A stretch of 58,786 bases of DNA, counting the filler, from Trypethelium eluteriae (taxonomy: Eukaryota): NCBI GenBank assembly GCA_051942245.1. It is 2 parts of 2 records of this genome, joined end to end, with 100 filler letters (N's around TTAATTAATTAA, not from the genome) between each part and the next. Parts side by side here need not be neighbours in the genome. Positions count along the whole stretch, not along the records: positions 29,456 to 58,786 come from JAVECL010000295.1; 1 more part is not named here. One strand, 5' to 3'. This document shows positions 46,488-57,620 of the stretch, in pieces (the first letter of the stretch is position 1; each line of letters begins with the position of its first letter). Position numbers and translations under genes: made by a program. The notes under the pieces were generated by a model, which saw only the letters and a list, made by a program, of their open reading frames with translations, did not search any database and was not told where the DNA came from.

Positions 46488-47748
46488 GCTGAATTGAGAG
46501 AGAACTGGGGACTATACGGATTCTTGGAGTGACTCGAGAATTTTGGACTGAAGTATGCTCGCCAGTTGCGACGATCCGAAGCGGCTCACAAAGTATCCAG
46601 ATCTAACTAGTTTGAGTGGTCTCCTAGTGAGATTTTTCGTCGGATTGGAAGAAGCGTCGCAGGAAACTCCAGAGTTGTGTCATCGTCTAAATTCCTTACC
46701 ACGACAATTATGCTATTCTTCGGAGGCGGGGTTTCTTCATCCTACACAGGATCAGAGGCTTAAACAACGAGATGTAGTTGGCTTTCGAGTTATTTTCATT
46801 CCACATTTTCATAAGTCAGACAACGATATCACCTCACTCTTTGCTACATCACATGTAAGCATGATGCAGAAATTATGGTTCCGCGGTACCTCAGATGGCA
46901 GGCAGGTCGGCATCTGGTTCCTATGGAGCAGGAATGTGATCATGATAATTTTTAGCTTGTTCTCTTTTCATTGCTTTTTTCCCGAACGTCTCTTTCTCCT
47001 CTCGTCCGTATCAAGATCACGCACAATTCCTTGTCATTCTAGATTCCTCGTCGGAGGCTACTGACGAATGCTGGCTAATTTGTCCAAGGCTACAAAGGAT
47101 CCACCTACTGGCTTTCACTTAAGTGAGTCTCATCAATTGAATGAGAAAATCTAAGGTGAGAAATCGTTCGGTACCTATGCCTCGTGCAAGCGCTGAGAGA
47201 ATGAAACGATTGATTTTGATCTACAGCGCAATATTGCTATGAATCGACCAGACCCCTTGGGGTCGCGAACTTGTGAGCGATAATTATGTAGTAATATTGA
47301 TAGATATCAAAATCATATCTTACGTAGACATTTCCTGTCACTTCGTCAAAGTACGGACATTTCGAACGTGAAGATGACGACTGGCCGAGATTTTTACACT
47401 GCCGGTCAAGGTACAACTCAAGTTGTCAGAACAGCAGTAAATGATGTATTGATGATGAACTAAAATCTACCTAGGTAGATACAGTGATTTGGCAGTGCGT
47501 AGCTGCGGGGAAAGGAAGAACCTCCAGTCGAAGTGGAGTAATCTCCGATGTCCGTCGAGGTCCGGCCGCATGCTAGCTCATACGGAGTTAGCTCCGACAC
47601 CATCCGGGGTTCAGCCGATGGTCAGACATGCACGGATGCATGCTGAGGTTCAGTCCATGACACAAGTGTTCATTGGAAGAACCACGGAGCCTGAGTTCCA
47701 AACGTACTTGGGTGCTTGTATCGCGATTACTCATCTAAGAGTGACTGG

Positions 47749-47761
47749 AAAAAAAAAAAAA
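47749..47761 (-). terminator. RNA polymerase III oligo-T terminator of the tRNA gene
   Basis: T13 run on the minus strand, 14 nt downstream of the tRNA discriminator base. Confidence 0.7.
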
Positions 47762-47775
47762 TACACACATTCGAT

Positions 47776-47935
47776 CGACGTGGACAGGATTCGAACCTGT
47801 GCTCCTACAGATTGTTAATTCCATTTGATCTGATCAAATCACATCGGCTATCCATGAGAATAACTCACCCGAAGGAAATAGATCAGAAGGAAACGGCTTT
47901 CTAGTCTATCGCGTTAACCGCTCCGCCACCACGTC
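47776..47935 (-). tRNA. tRNA-Ser(AGA) with a canonical 15-nt intron (47884-47898) and a second 64-nt GT-AG insert in the variable arm (47805-47868)
   Basis: Acceptor GACGTGG/CCACGTC with G73, D arm GCG-GAGCGGTTAA-CGC, anticodon stem ATAGA/TCTAT, loop CT-AGA-AA and T arm ACAGG-TTCGAAT-CCTGT. The variable arm TTCC-TTCG-GGAG forms only after the insert is removed. Confidence 0.9.
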
Positions 47936-48863
47936 ACAACAAAGGGTGTCTATTAGTGCTTCCGATTATATACAGTATTACTTTTCATCTCTTCAATTTA
48001 TTGGATGAAAACTCAGTGGATGTTTCGGACGATATACGGAGTATTGGGGCTTTAGTCTTAATTTGCATGGAGATGATATCATACAGACTGCTTATCCAGC
48101 CTGGCCTTTGCATTGTAGACTACTGTGCTGTTCACCGCCGACGCCGCGTGCGTACCTCAATCATTGAACCAGAAAGTGAACAACCAATACTGATGCGGTT
48201 GACACCCATTGTCTGATAGTGCTATTCCCTCTTAAAGGCTGGTACTATCTACCAGTAAAGAAGCTTAGCCCAATAATAATTTCCCTTGAGTAGCTGCTCT
48301 GTGATCTTCAATAGATGCTCGCATAGTTCCTATCTCAAAAGACTTGGTGGGTCATGATCAAATATAGCTTCACGATGGACGGGCAGAGCCTTAGAGTGCT
48401 ACAAACTTTTGCAGCCACAGAACGTCGTATCCATGGTGTCTCAACGACAAATGATTTCTTGAGAAAGTAGGATTACATTCTAAGATACTAGCCAAAACAT
48501 CTTCAGATACAAGCTTGTAGGTAGCCTTTAGACGTTTTAGATTTGGAAAAAAAAATTATTGACAAAAATTAGGTACGGAGTACCCAGGCAAGCTATCCAT
48601 TCAGTTAAGTAGCACTTAGCTTTGGCAGGATCGTCGGGCGTCAGCTAGCACTTTAGACAGAGTACCTGGTACTCCGTATGCCTCGGCAAAATGACGTGCC
48701 AGAACCGGCAATACCACGAGCTCTCCGGAGTCCTGGCCGTCTCTTAATTCATTAATTTCTGCAATTTCTATATCTTTAACTTCCATTTTCTACTTACTAC
48801 TTCCCTATTCCTTCCCTCTATTATCCGACACATATTCTCCCCTCTTCCATATCTCACCCCATC

Positions 48864-50446
48864 ATGTCCAAGACCTACACGCGCGATGAGGTCGCCTCCA
48901 ACAACACCGAAGATTCCCTCTGGTGTATCGTCGACCACCGCGTCTACGATCTCACGGACTTCCTCGATGCTCACCCAGGCGGCTCAGTCGTCCTTTCCCA
49001 AATCGCTGGCACCGACACCACCGCGGCGTTTTACAACCTACACCGACATGAGGTCCTCCAGAAATACGCCTCCCTCTGCATTGGCACGATACGCGACGAG
49101 ACGCCGGAAGTCATCGAGCCTCAGCCCGGTGACTTGAGTACGGTGCCGTATGCAGAGCCACTATGGCTGACGCCTCAGTACAATAGCCCGTATTTTGGAG
49201 AGAGCCATCGTCGGCTGCAGAGGGAGTTGCGCCGGTTTGTGGATACATATGTGACGCCGGAAGCGCAGGAGAAGGAGCGAGATGGGACGTACATTAGTCA
49301 GGAGTTGATTGATCGGATGGCGGAGACGAATATCCTGGCGATGCGGTTGGGTCCTGGGCAGCACTTGCATGGGAGGAAGTTGCTGGGTGGAGCGGTGGAT
49401 GGTAGGGAATTTGACTATTTCCATGATTTAGTGGTAGGGCAAGAGCTGGTGAGGGCGAATGCAAGGGGGTTTCAAGATGGGAACATGGCGGGCATGACGA
49501 TTAGTTTAACGGCGGTGAGGAATTGGATGAAAGATGAGGCAATTAGGGAGAGGATAACAGAGGAAGTGCTCTCGGGGAAGAAAAAGATGTGCCTCGCTAT
49601 TACGGAAGCCTTTGCAGGCTCTGATGTGGCAGGGTTGAGGACTACAGCTGAAAAAACGGCGGACGGGAAATACTACGTTGTGAACGGGACAAAGAAGTGG
49701 ATAACAAATGGGATGTTTTCGGATTATTTTATTACAGGATGCAAAACGAAGAAGGGCTTTTCCGTGCTATTGATTGAGAGACAAGAAGGGGTAGAGACAA
49801 CACAATTGAAGACGAGTTACTCGACTGCGGCAGGCACAGCATATGTCCAATTCGAGAATATAAAGGTACCCGTGGAGAATTTGCTTGGTCGAGAAGATAA
49901 TGGCTTCCAAGTCATCATGAGCAACTTCAATCACGAGAGATGGATGTGAGCAGACGCATTTCAACCAACCCGACAAAGCTAATATTCAATAGGATGAGCT
50001 CTGCTGTCATTCGGCAATCGCGTTCCGTAGTGGAGGAATGTCTCAAATGGTCGAACCAACGAATTGTATTTGGTAAAAACCTCGTCGCGCAACCAGTAAT
50101 ACGGCAAAAGCTAGCACGGATGATATCCCTCGTCGAAGCAAATCAAGCATGGCTAGAGCAAATCACACATCAAATGTGTCAAATGTCGTATGCTCAGCAA
50201 TCGAAACAGCTGGGTGGCCCCATTGGTCTCTTGAAATCATTTGCAACTCGATCCGCCCATGAAATTGCAGACGACGCAACAAATATTTTCGGTGGCCGAG
50301 GCATCACACAATCCGGAATGGGGAAGGTTATCGAGATGTTCCAGCGTACTTATAAATTCGATGCCATATTGGGTGGCACCGAGGAGATTCTGGCCGACTT
50401 AGGTGTCCGACAAGCCATGAGAAATATGCCGAAGGCAATGTTATGA
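48864..50446 (+). CDS. Acyl-CoA dehydrogenase with N-terminal cytochrome b5-like domain
   Basis: VYDLTDFLDAHPGG, CLAITEAFAGSDVAGL, VNGTKKWITNG, NFNHERW, FGGRGIT and ILGGTEEILADLGVRQ. Intron 49946-49992. Confidence 0.93.
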
Positions 50447-50753
50447 CATTGGATACATTAAACACTAAAGGAAGATCAAATGTAAAAATAACTCGAAAAT
50501 CCCCACAGCTTCACAAATGAAGATTCAACAGAAAAGCAAAGAGAAACAAGATCAGCTAAAACGCCTTCACGAACCTGAACCCCAGTATTCCTCGTCTACA
50601 AAGTCAGCCGATAGTTTCCAGGGGTATCCATACGCAGATAATGCTATTCCACATCCCAAGACCACAATAAATCGTCAAGTGAGCGCCACAAAGCCAACCG
50701 TGACTAAGGAGAGCATCAAGAAATTTGGGCAAGAGCACCACAAATGCTCGCGC

Positions 50754-52937
50754 TTATCTGCTCTTTGGAGCATTATCGCCATAGACAGGCTCCAATCGTA
50801 CACCACCAAAACTCCACCCAGAAACAGCGTCTTCGTCAAATCTCCGGCTCACGATGAACCCGAGGGCGCCGTCTAAGCCAACGGTGACATCAACATCACC
50901 CTCCATCTCGATCCAACCCTTACCTTTTCGATCCTCAAGACGGTTCCGACCGACGCGCACACGGACTGCGTCTGGGTGTAGAAGAACTGGCACGACATCT
51001 GGCGTAATCCTTGCATCGACATACCGATACAAGAACGTCGCAGCATCATACGGCTGGCCAACCGAAAACACCAGCTCCGTCGGCGGTACCAATTTGGAAG
51101 GACCTTCATCATTACTGATCGTCGCCGCCGGTGAGCCAGACGGCTCAAAGAAGCACACCACAAAGCGAGCATGGTATTTGCCCTGAGGAATGCCCGTCTT
51201 CACCGCACGCAAGCACACATTATCGCTCCGCACACACGTCGCCACGACCGCCTCCTCCGGCCTGCCATCCCCATCCAGATCCTCTGCAACCGGGAAAATC
51301 TTGCGAGGCCTCCCCTTCTGATCCACCGTCACACCGCCCCTCCCAGACGGACTCGCACTGCGGATCTCCGACATGCGCGTCACATCGCTCGGCGTGACCT
51401 TCCAGCCCAGCGGAAAGCCCGTCTTGAAATCCAGCTCCTCCATCACGAAGGCGCCCTCAATGACACCCCTCCCCGCAACGCCGATGCGAAACTGATTCAC
51501 CGTGATCTCGAAGTGTGGGGGCAGCGCCGACAGGCGCACCATGAGCTCGCCCAGATGGCGGGCCCGCCGGACCTGCTGCGGGTCGCGCATGTACTGCTCG
51601 GTGAGGGCGCCCATCTCGTCCTCGCGCATGAACTCCTCCATGCTGATGTTCGCGATGCCGCCGTCGACGTCGAAGCGGTGGTACTTGGTGCCGGAGTGGT
51701 AGTACATACGCTGCATCTCGTTGTCCACACGCGCGGTGCCGGTCGCCATGGAGGCAAGGGCGCCCGCGAGCGCGATGTCAGTCCCGAGGCCGAAGGGGAG
51801 CCAGGTGTTGGCTTTCTTGACGCTGGGGATGGTTTGCAGACCCGTGCCGACGGAGACGATGCAGCCGATCGGTCGGCCTTCCCAGAGGGATTTGGCGGCG
51901 TAGTCGACTTCGGCGCAGGGGTTGTTGAAGCCGACGCCACCGTCGAGGTAGGTCATTTGGGGTTTGCCAAAGCTGATTTCTTCGAAGAAGGTAGGAGCTG
52001 CGGAGGTGGCGCGGAGAGCCTCCCAGATTTTGGTGGTGTGGTCATTGGCGTCGTAAGTGCTGAAGATGCGAGGGGCTCCAAGCGCATTCTTCAGGGTTGA
52101 TACGACGAATGCACGACAGCCTCGTTGACCGGGCTTTTGGTGTACGGAGCCGGTACGGTGGAGACGGAATGTTGGCTTACGTTCGGGAGCTTTTTGTGAT
52201 ATCTTCACACTTCGCCGAGATGATTGTGTGTCGCGTCGGATAAGCGCTGACTTGTTCTTCGGATCGTCTCGCGACTCTGTGGTGTCTGCTCCTGTCAGTG
52301 ATGGGGCTATGGGCGCGCGCGAGATAAAGCCATTGGTTGCTGGAGCTGACGTACTCCTACTTCTGACCTGGATCGGCGATTCTGTGAGACTTGGCACGGC
52401 ATCTTCGGAGACATTTGGTTGTTTGAAATTTGCCCATATGCTATCATCGGGCATTTCTGCTTCGGGCTCATCGACTTGTTCAAATAGAGTTGCGTCCCAC
52501 ATCAGCTCATCTTCTTTGTAACCTAACTTGACCAGGGCTTTTTTGATTGCCTTTTCGAGGACTACTCCTGAGAAGCGATTGGAGCTAAGCGGTATCTTAG
52601 TGCCAAAGATCTTCATAACCCGGTCATTTTTGAAGATTTCCTCAGCCAGCTCAGAGTATATGTCGATACACTGTCGACAGTTGAGACGAAGCCGTCCTAG
52701 CAGGATCGCGATAATGCCGCCCGTACTTGTACCACCAATTAGATCGAAGTAATCGCAAGGTTTCAGACGAGTGTTGTCGTTCCTGCGCCTTAAGCCAAGG
52801 CGCTTCTCTTCCTGTGCAATATTCTCCATAAGGTCGTCCAGAACCATCAAGCTGGATAGACCCCTTACACCACCCCCATCCAAAGAGAGAAGGCGTAGCG
52901 GGGCATTCGGGTTGCGCTCGTCGGCACGGGCAGCCAT
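50754..52937 (-). CDS. Patatin-like phospholipase (iPLA2-gamma-like) with internal insertion and C-terminal extension
   Basis: LLSLDGGGVRG, DLIGGTSTGG (GxSxG), ATSAAPTFF, YLDGG and VSVGTG in a single 727-aa ORF. Confidence 0.9.
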   Translation of the reverse strand: MAARADERNPNAPLRLLSLDGGGVRGLSSLMVLDDLMENIAQEEKRLGLRRRNDNTRLKPCDYFDLIGGTSTGGIIAILLGRLRLNCRQCIDIYSELAEEIFKNDRVMKIFGTKIPLSSNRFSGVVLEKAIKKALVKLGYKEDELMWDATLFEQVDEPEAEMPDDSIWANFKQPNVSEDAVPSLTESPIQVRSRSTSAPATNGFISRAPIAPSLTGADTTESRDDPKNKSALIRRDTQSSRRSVKISQKAPERKPTFRLHRTGSVHQKPGQRGCRAFVVSTLKNALGAPRIFSTYDANDHTTKIWEALRATSAAPTFFEEISFGKPQMTYLDGGVGFNNPCAEVDYAAKSLWEGRPIGCIVSVGTGLQTIPSVKKANTWLPFGLGTDIALAGALASMATGTARVDNEMQRMYYHSGTKYHRFDVDGGIANISMEEFMREDEMGALTEQYMRDPQQVRRARHLGELMVRLSALPPHFEITVNQFRIGVAGRGVIEGAFVMEELDFKTGFPLGWKVTPSDVTRMSEIRSASPSGRGGVTVDQKGRPRKIFPVAEDLDGDGRPEEAVVATCVRSDNVCLRAVKTGIPQGKYHARFVVCFFEPSGSPAATISNDEGPSKLVPPTELVFSVGQPYDAATFLYRYVDARITPDVVPVLLHPDAVRVRVGRNRLEDRKGKGWIEMEGDVDVTVGLDGALGFIVSRRFDEDAVSGWSFGGVRLEPVYGDNAPKSR

Positions 52938-54125
52938 GGAGAGAATATTGAAGAAGCTTTTCGCAGGTGTCTTGTGCTATATAAGGGCAGCTACTAGAGT
53001 GTCGGGAGTGTCGGGAAAATTAAAAACGAGAGCTGAAGTAGAGTGAAGTATGAAAAACAAGGACTGGTTGAAAAGGGGCCGATTATTGATTTAAGGCCAG
53101 AGAGAAATGCGACGCAGGAGATTAAGTAAAAGTGGGGGCTAAATGATCGTAAGAAATGGATGAGAAATAGCGTTCGTTTGTTGCTTGATGCATCATACAC
53201 ATACAGCCTACTCTTATACCTAGATTTAGCAGGTATCGACGTGTTACGAGCTGTTTGTGTAACAAACGCGGCGCATAGAGATCTAGGCAGATAGCCATGC
53301 AACAAGTCGAAGCCTCGTGGCGAGGTTCACCTGAAGGGCTTCAGAAGAACAAAGTGGGACGGGAATATGCAAGAACGCATGCGCCTTACTATTTCCGGAT
53401 GATGCTCGAGGAATGGGCGAATAAGAAAGTACGATTCCTTCAAGAGGGCAAAAATAGAAATCGCCGAATTAAGGCAAGCTAAGTGGTTAGGTAGGCGTGG
53501 GCATGTAGGTAGGCGTTCCTCTGCGCCTCGCATTTGCTTCAGCCTACCTACCTAATGCTTGTGCCGCCTCATCATCCAATCATGAAAGGATGCGGCAGGC
53601 TGCGCCTACATCCGCACGGCGCGCCAAAGTCAAACGCCATCTGTTTCGTATGACCCGATAAATGGATATCCAATTTTCTTGATAGGCGATGGGCGTGTAG
53701 CTGAACAGACGTTTCAGCCTTTTACAGAAGATGGTGGTCAGATGGAAATACTCGCAAAGTCATCGAATAAGGCGAGAAACCTCATGACCATGGAGTCACT
53801 GCATTCAGGTTGCCTCTTTTGGGCGCCCAAAGCTCCAGATTTAGCAATTAAAGCCATGTGGAGTGCTAGGCAAAGAGGCTCGAAGCTTATGAGTCATGAG
53901 CCTCTGTCGTTGCAAAAGAAATCCTGATAGCCATCCATTAGTCATGAAGAACGCCGATGGCGCGTCCCTCACTTCGACAAATGTTGACGGCGGCTGAATG
54001 CTGACCTCGGTAGGAACAGTCTCAAGAGAGGCTTGTTGGTACAACAGGTCAAATATTGTGGGAACGGGCGGATAATGCTCCGATGCCAAACGTCATTGGA
54101 AGTCCCGAAGGTTATCATAGAATTT

Positions 54126-54900
54126 CTAGCCAGTCCTGGTTGTGACACGAACACTCATGTCCTTCCATTCGTCTGTAGCTAGTAGGGAAGCTCCATCCTC
54201 ATGCGTGCCCGGCCGGAAAATCGCATAGACAGCATCATCCCTTAAGCCTCCCTTTGATGGATTGTCGTATGATTCCTTGCCGATACGCTGCAGAGAAAAC
54301 CCGCATTTTTCCAAAAGTCTTCGGCTGGGTGTATTGTCTACGTCAGTCGCTGCGCACGCGAAGTCAAAGCTACCAGATTCTCCAGATGAGACAGGAGGAA
54401 CCCGATTCCAGTAAGAGTTCATATATGCCTTCAACGCTTCTGTAGCATATCCTTTGCCAAAGTACTTGGCATGGAAAATGTAACCGATACGAGGAATATC
54501 GGGACTGCCAATCACACCAATTACCTCGCGGAAAGACCCCTCTTGGTTGACATCCTTTCCAGCTTGGTGATCAGTGGTCGTGGCTTGCGTGGTCGAAAGC
54601 AGCTCGACAAGAAAGGTGTCTAGTCCTGGTCGAGCGAGGCGTTCATCTATCCATTCTTGAGTTCCCTGTATTGTCCTTCGTCTAACAGTGTCGTTCCTAG
54701 GACGTTGTGAGTACAGCGAGACTAACATCTGCAAACATGACAGCGGCAGCTCACAGCCATTGCATTGAATCTGGATTGGAGAGAATTGGTAGGAGATACT
54801 CGGCATCAGTAGCACATAGGCGGCGTAGAATCAACCTCTCTGTATATATGACTTGGGTGAATTGCTTGCCTGCAGGGCTCATCGAATCAGAAGACATCAT
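54126..54900 (-). CDS. GNAT N-acetyltransferase, RimJ/RimL type
   Basis: IYTERLILRRL, IGYIFHAKYFGKGYATEA and NTPSRRLLEKCGF. One intron at about 54682-54754 (acceptor uncertain). Confidence 0.82.
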
Positions 54901-55737
54901 GGTAGGGTCTGCTATTGCGATACTCAAAGCAACAAGTGAAATCGATGCGGAAATAATCAGATAAGTCAATCACTTCAGTGCACTTATTGCGCAAGCCACT
55001 GATCACACTAGTAGGTAGCATCTAAGTCCAACTCTTGGCGAGAAGATTTGAGCAGAAGTTAAGTGACCACGCTAAGCAAAATTGAGGATATATATTCAGG
55101 GCGGCACGGTTGAATGATCCTCCGGAGTGCCCGTTGATGACCGTCTTGGCATACAGTTCAATACAAACTACCATCATGCAATCAGGATGGACTTCCCCTC
55201 GCCCTACTAATTAGTATGACCTTGCTGCGCAAAAACGTATTTAGAATTTCGTTTCTCTCAAGCCAGAGTTGGGTTCTCTGCAATTTGGGCTCGTGAGGCT
55301 GAGCAGCAGCGCTTACTAAGGAGAAGATTAATACGTTCGAGACGGTACTGGAGGAGAGGGAACCTCGGTACACCATAAGACGTACCCACTATCCAGACGT
55401 TCTCCAGCCTCAGCATGTCTCTGAACTTCGCGAGTCGGGCTTCTACACCAACCTTGGGTGTTAGTATTCTTCGAACGAGATACGAACATGGAGCCTTCTG
55501 GCCGGAATACTCAGCCGGAATTGGAAGATAGGCCCGGCATGCGAAGACAGTAGGAACTAAGTTTCGACAGTATAAGAGCAGTCATGAGCTCCCATAAAAT
55601 CTCCATCAGACAATTCAGTTCATTCTTCATTAGTGTCTAACACACTTTCATTCCAGTCTCCTAATATTCTTTCTCTATCACTTCTCGTCTAATATTTAAT
55701 ATCCTCCATTCCAAATCTCTCATACCCTCTTTATAAG

Positions 55738-56374
55738 ATGCTCTCAAAGATTGCCATCACCTTCTGTGCACTCCTTGCCTTTGGTAGCGCCTTTGACATC
55801 CCTGAGAGTCAACCCGATGGTCTCTACTCCTACCATGAGGACGAAAACGGCGTTGGTATCCATGCTCCTATTGAGGGTCAGCCTACAGGCTCCGTCACTC
55901 CCCCAGGTGCCAAGTTTCGGACCAAGCGGGACGCATTGCCCAATTCACTCCTGACCGACATTGAATGCGACGGTGGCTTTATCAACCCCACTGACTACAC
56001 GAACTCCGTCAACGGCCTCATCGGGCTTTGCAACCCCTCAACTACTGTGAAAGCCGGACACAATATCTACTACAAGTCTGGCGGCGCTGTCGCATACATG
56101 TGTAACTATGGTGGCGACAACGGCTGTGCCAAGGCCGAGCTTGATTACGCATTTCAGCTCATCGGGCGTGGTCCGTTCGTGAACTCATTTAATCTTATCC
56201 GTGGGGAGCCAAATGGATGCCCGAATTACCAGTCTGGTGAGTTTAGGTCCTTCGTCGTGATGTTATACTGACAATGCTATTATAGGTCATGTCTACGTTG
56301 GTGACTATGGGAAGACTTATGGTTATATGACTGCGACTACAGGTCTCTGCAATGGCCGTCCTGTTGACTCTTGA
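55738..56374 (+). CDS. Small secreted cysteine-rich protein with pro-peptide (effector-like)
   Basis: Signal peptide MLSKIAITFCALLAFGSA, dibasic site RTKR and 6 Cys in the mature part. Intron 56237-56285, stop 56372-56374, TATAA at ~55571. Confidence 0.8.
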
Positions 56375-57620
56375 TGAAACCACATGAGTTTCGGAATCAA
56401 TCGTTTGTTGAGGGTGGTAGCGGGCGTTGTCTTAGCCTTCAATTTCTCGTGGCGTTCGCTTCATATGTTCTTCTTCGTTCCTTTACCCACATTCTTTTCA
56501 CGCTGTGCCTTGTCTCGCATTAGCCTTGTATGTCAAACTATCTACTTAGCTTAAGAAAACAGTATCTCGAATCCTCGTAACAGTTCTCATGGCGTCACGA
56601 CGTGTAGATTCTCCCTGCAATGAATGTCTTTGCCTTTGGAAGACCGTGTAGACCCCCTTCTTCGGTAGATGGTCGAAGCTCTGGTGTATTTGGGGTATCA
56701 CAACATCGAGTCAAACAGGAGCAGGACATAGCGCGGGTGATTTGTTTCTTAATTCCTAATCCTATTGATCAGGTTCGAAGTATTGGGAGTATCATGTGAC
56801 GCTCACGAGTCGGCAATGCTCTGACTAACAGTATATCGTACAACTCGATCGTTCCCAGAAATTTGAAGGCAGGAGTCCGTCACTGGCAAGGAGACGCGAA
56901 GTATATTTCTTATTTCAAGTTCGTGACCAAACCAAGGCTAGCCTATTGTAGTGACGCACTGCGCTCTCTAGAGTGGCACGTGCGGAGGAGGCCCCGCCCC
57001 GCCGTGCCGCCGTGCCGCCGTGCCGGCCACATGACGTAAGTGCGGGTTTCAGATGGAAAGCGCACCAACAGAATGTAGTTGCAATTCCGTACAAACTTTC
57101 GCAGCCTGTATCTCAACCTCCAGAGCCGATAATCAAAGTTGGGCTTCGGATTCGGATTTGTCGGGCACTCAGCTATCATTTGGCATCCAGATATACACAA
57201 CATTCCTAAATTCAAATGATCGGACCCAGGTTCTACAAACTACGCCAATTGCAATCCGATTGTGACAGTGCAACGTTCAGAATTGTTACGATTTGAGTAC
57301 ATAGAATGATGGAGGATATTTGAATCTATCATCAGCCCAGAGCATCTAGCTAAATACATCATATTGCCGCTGCTAGAGGTAATTTTGTGATTTGTATGAG
57401 GAAATTCTTAGCAAATGGTGGTCTTAGATAACCGTAGCTCAAATTACGGCGGTCAGCGGGTTTTTACGGCGAGCGACAAGTAAAATGTGCGCTAGAATTT
57501 GCTGGAGAACTCCGACGGAACTACTGCAAAATTTACGATCTGATTGATGTATCAATAAAAAATCCAACTAGCTGAAAGAATCGACCGTCTATCTGAGACA
57601 TATCCGATGTCTCTCGAGCA

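Noticed and set aside
51171..52100. 309-aa plus-strand ORF
   Set aside because: Antisense of the GC-rich part of the patatin gene.
53488..53555. Short inverted repeats (taggtaggc / gcctaccta)
   Set aside because: Low-complexity TAGG-type motifs, single occurrence and no target-site duplication seen.
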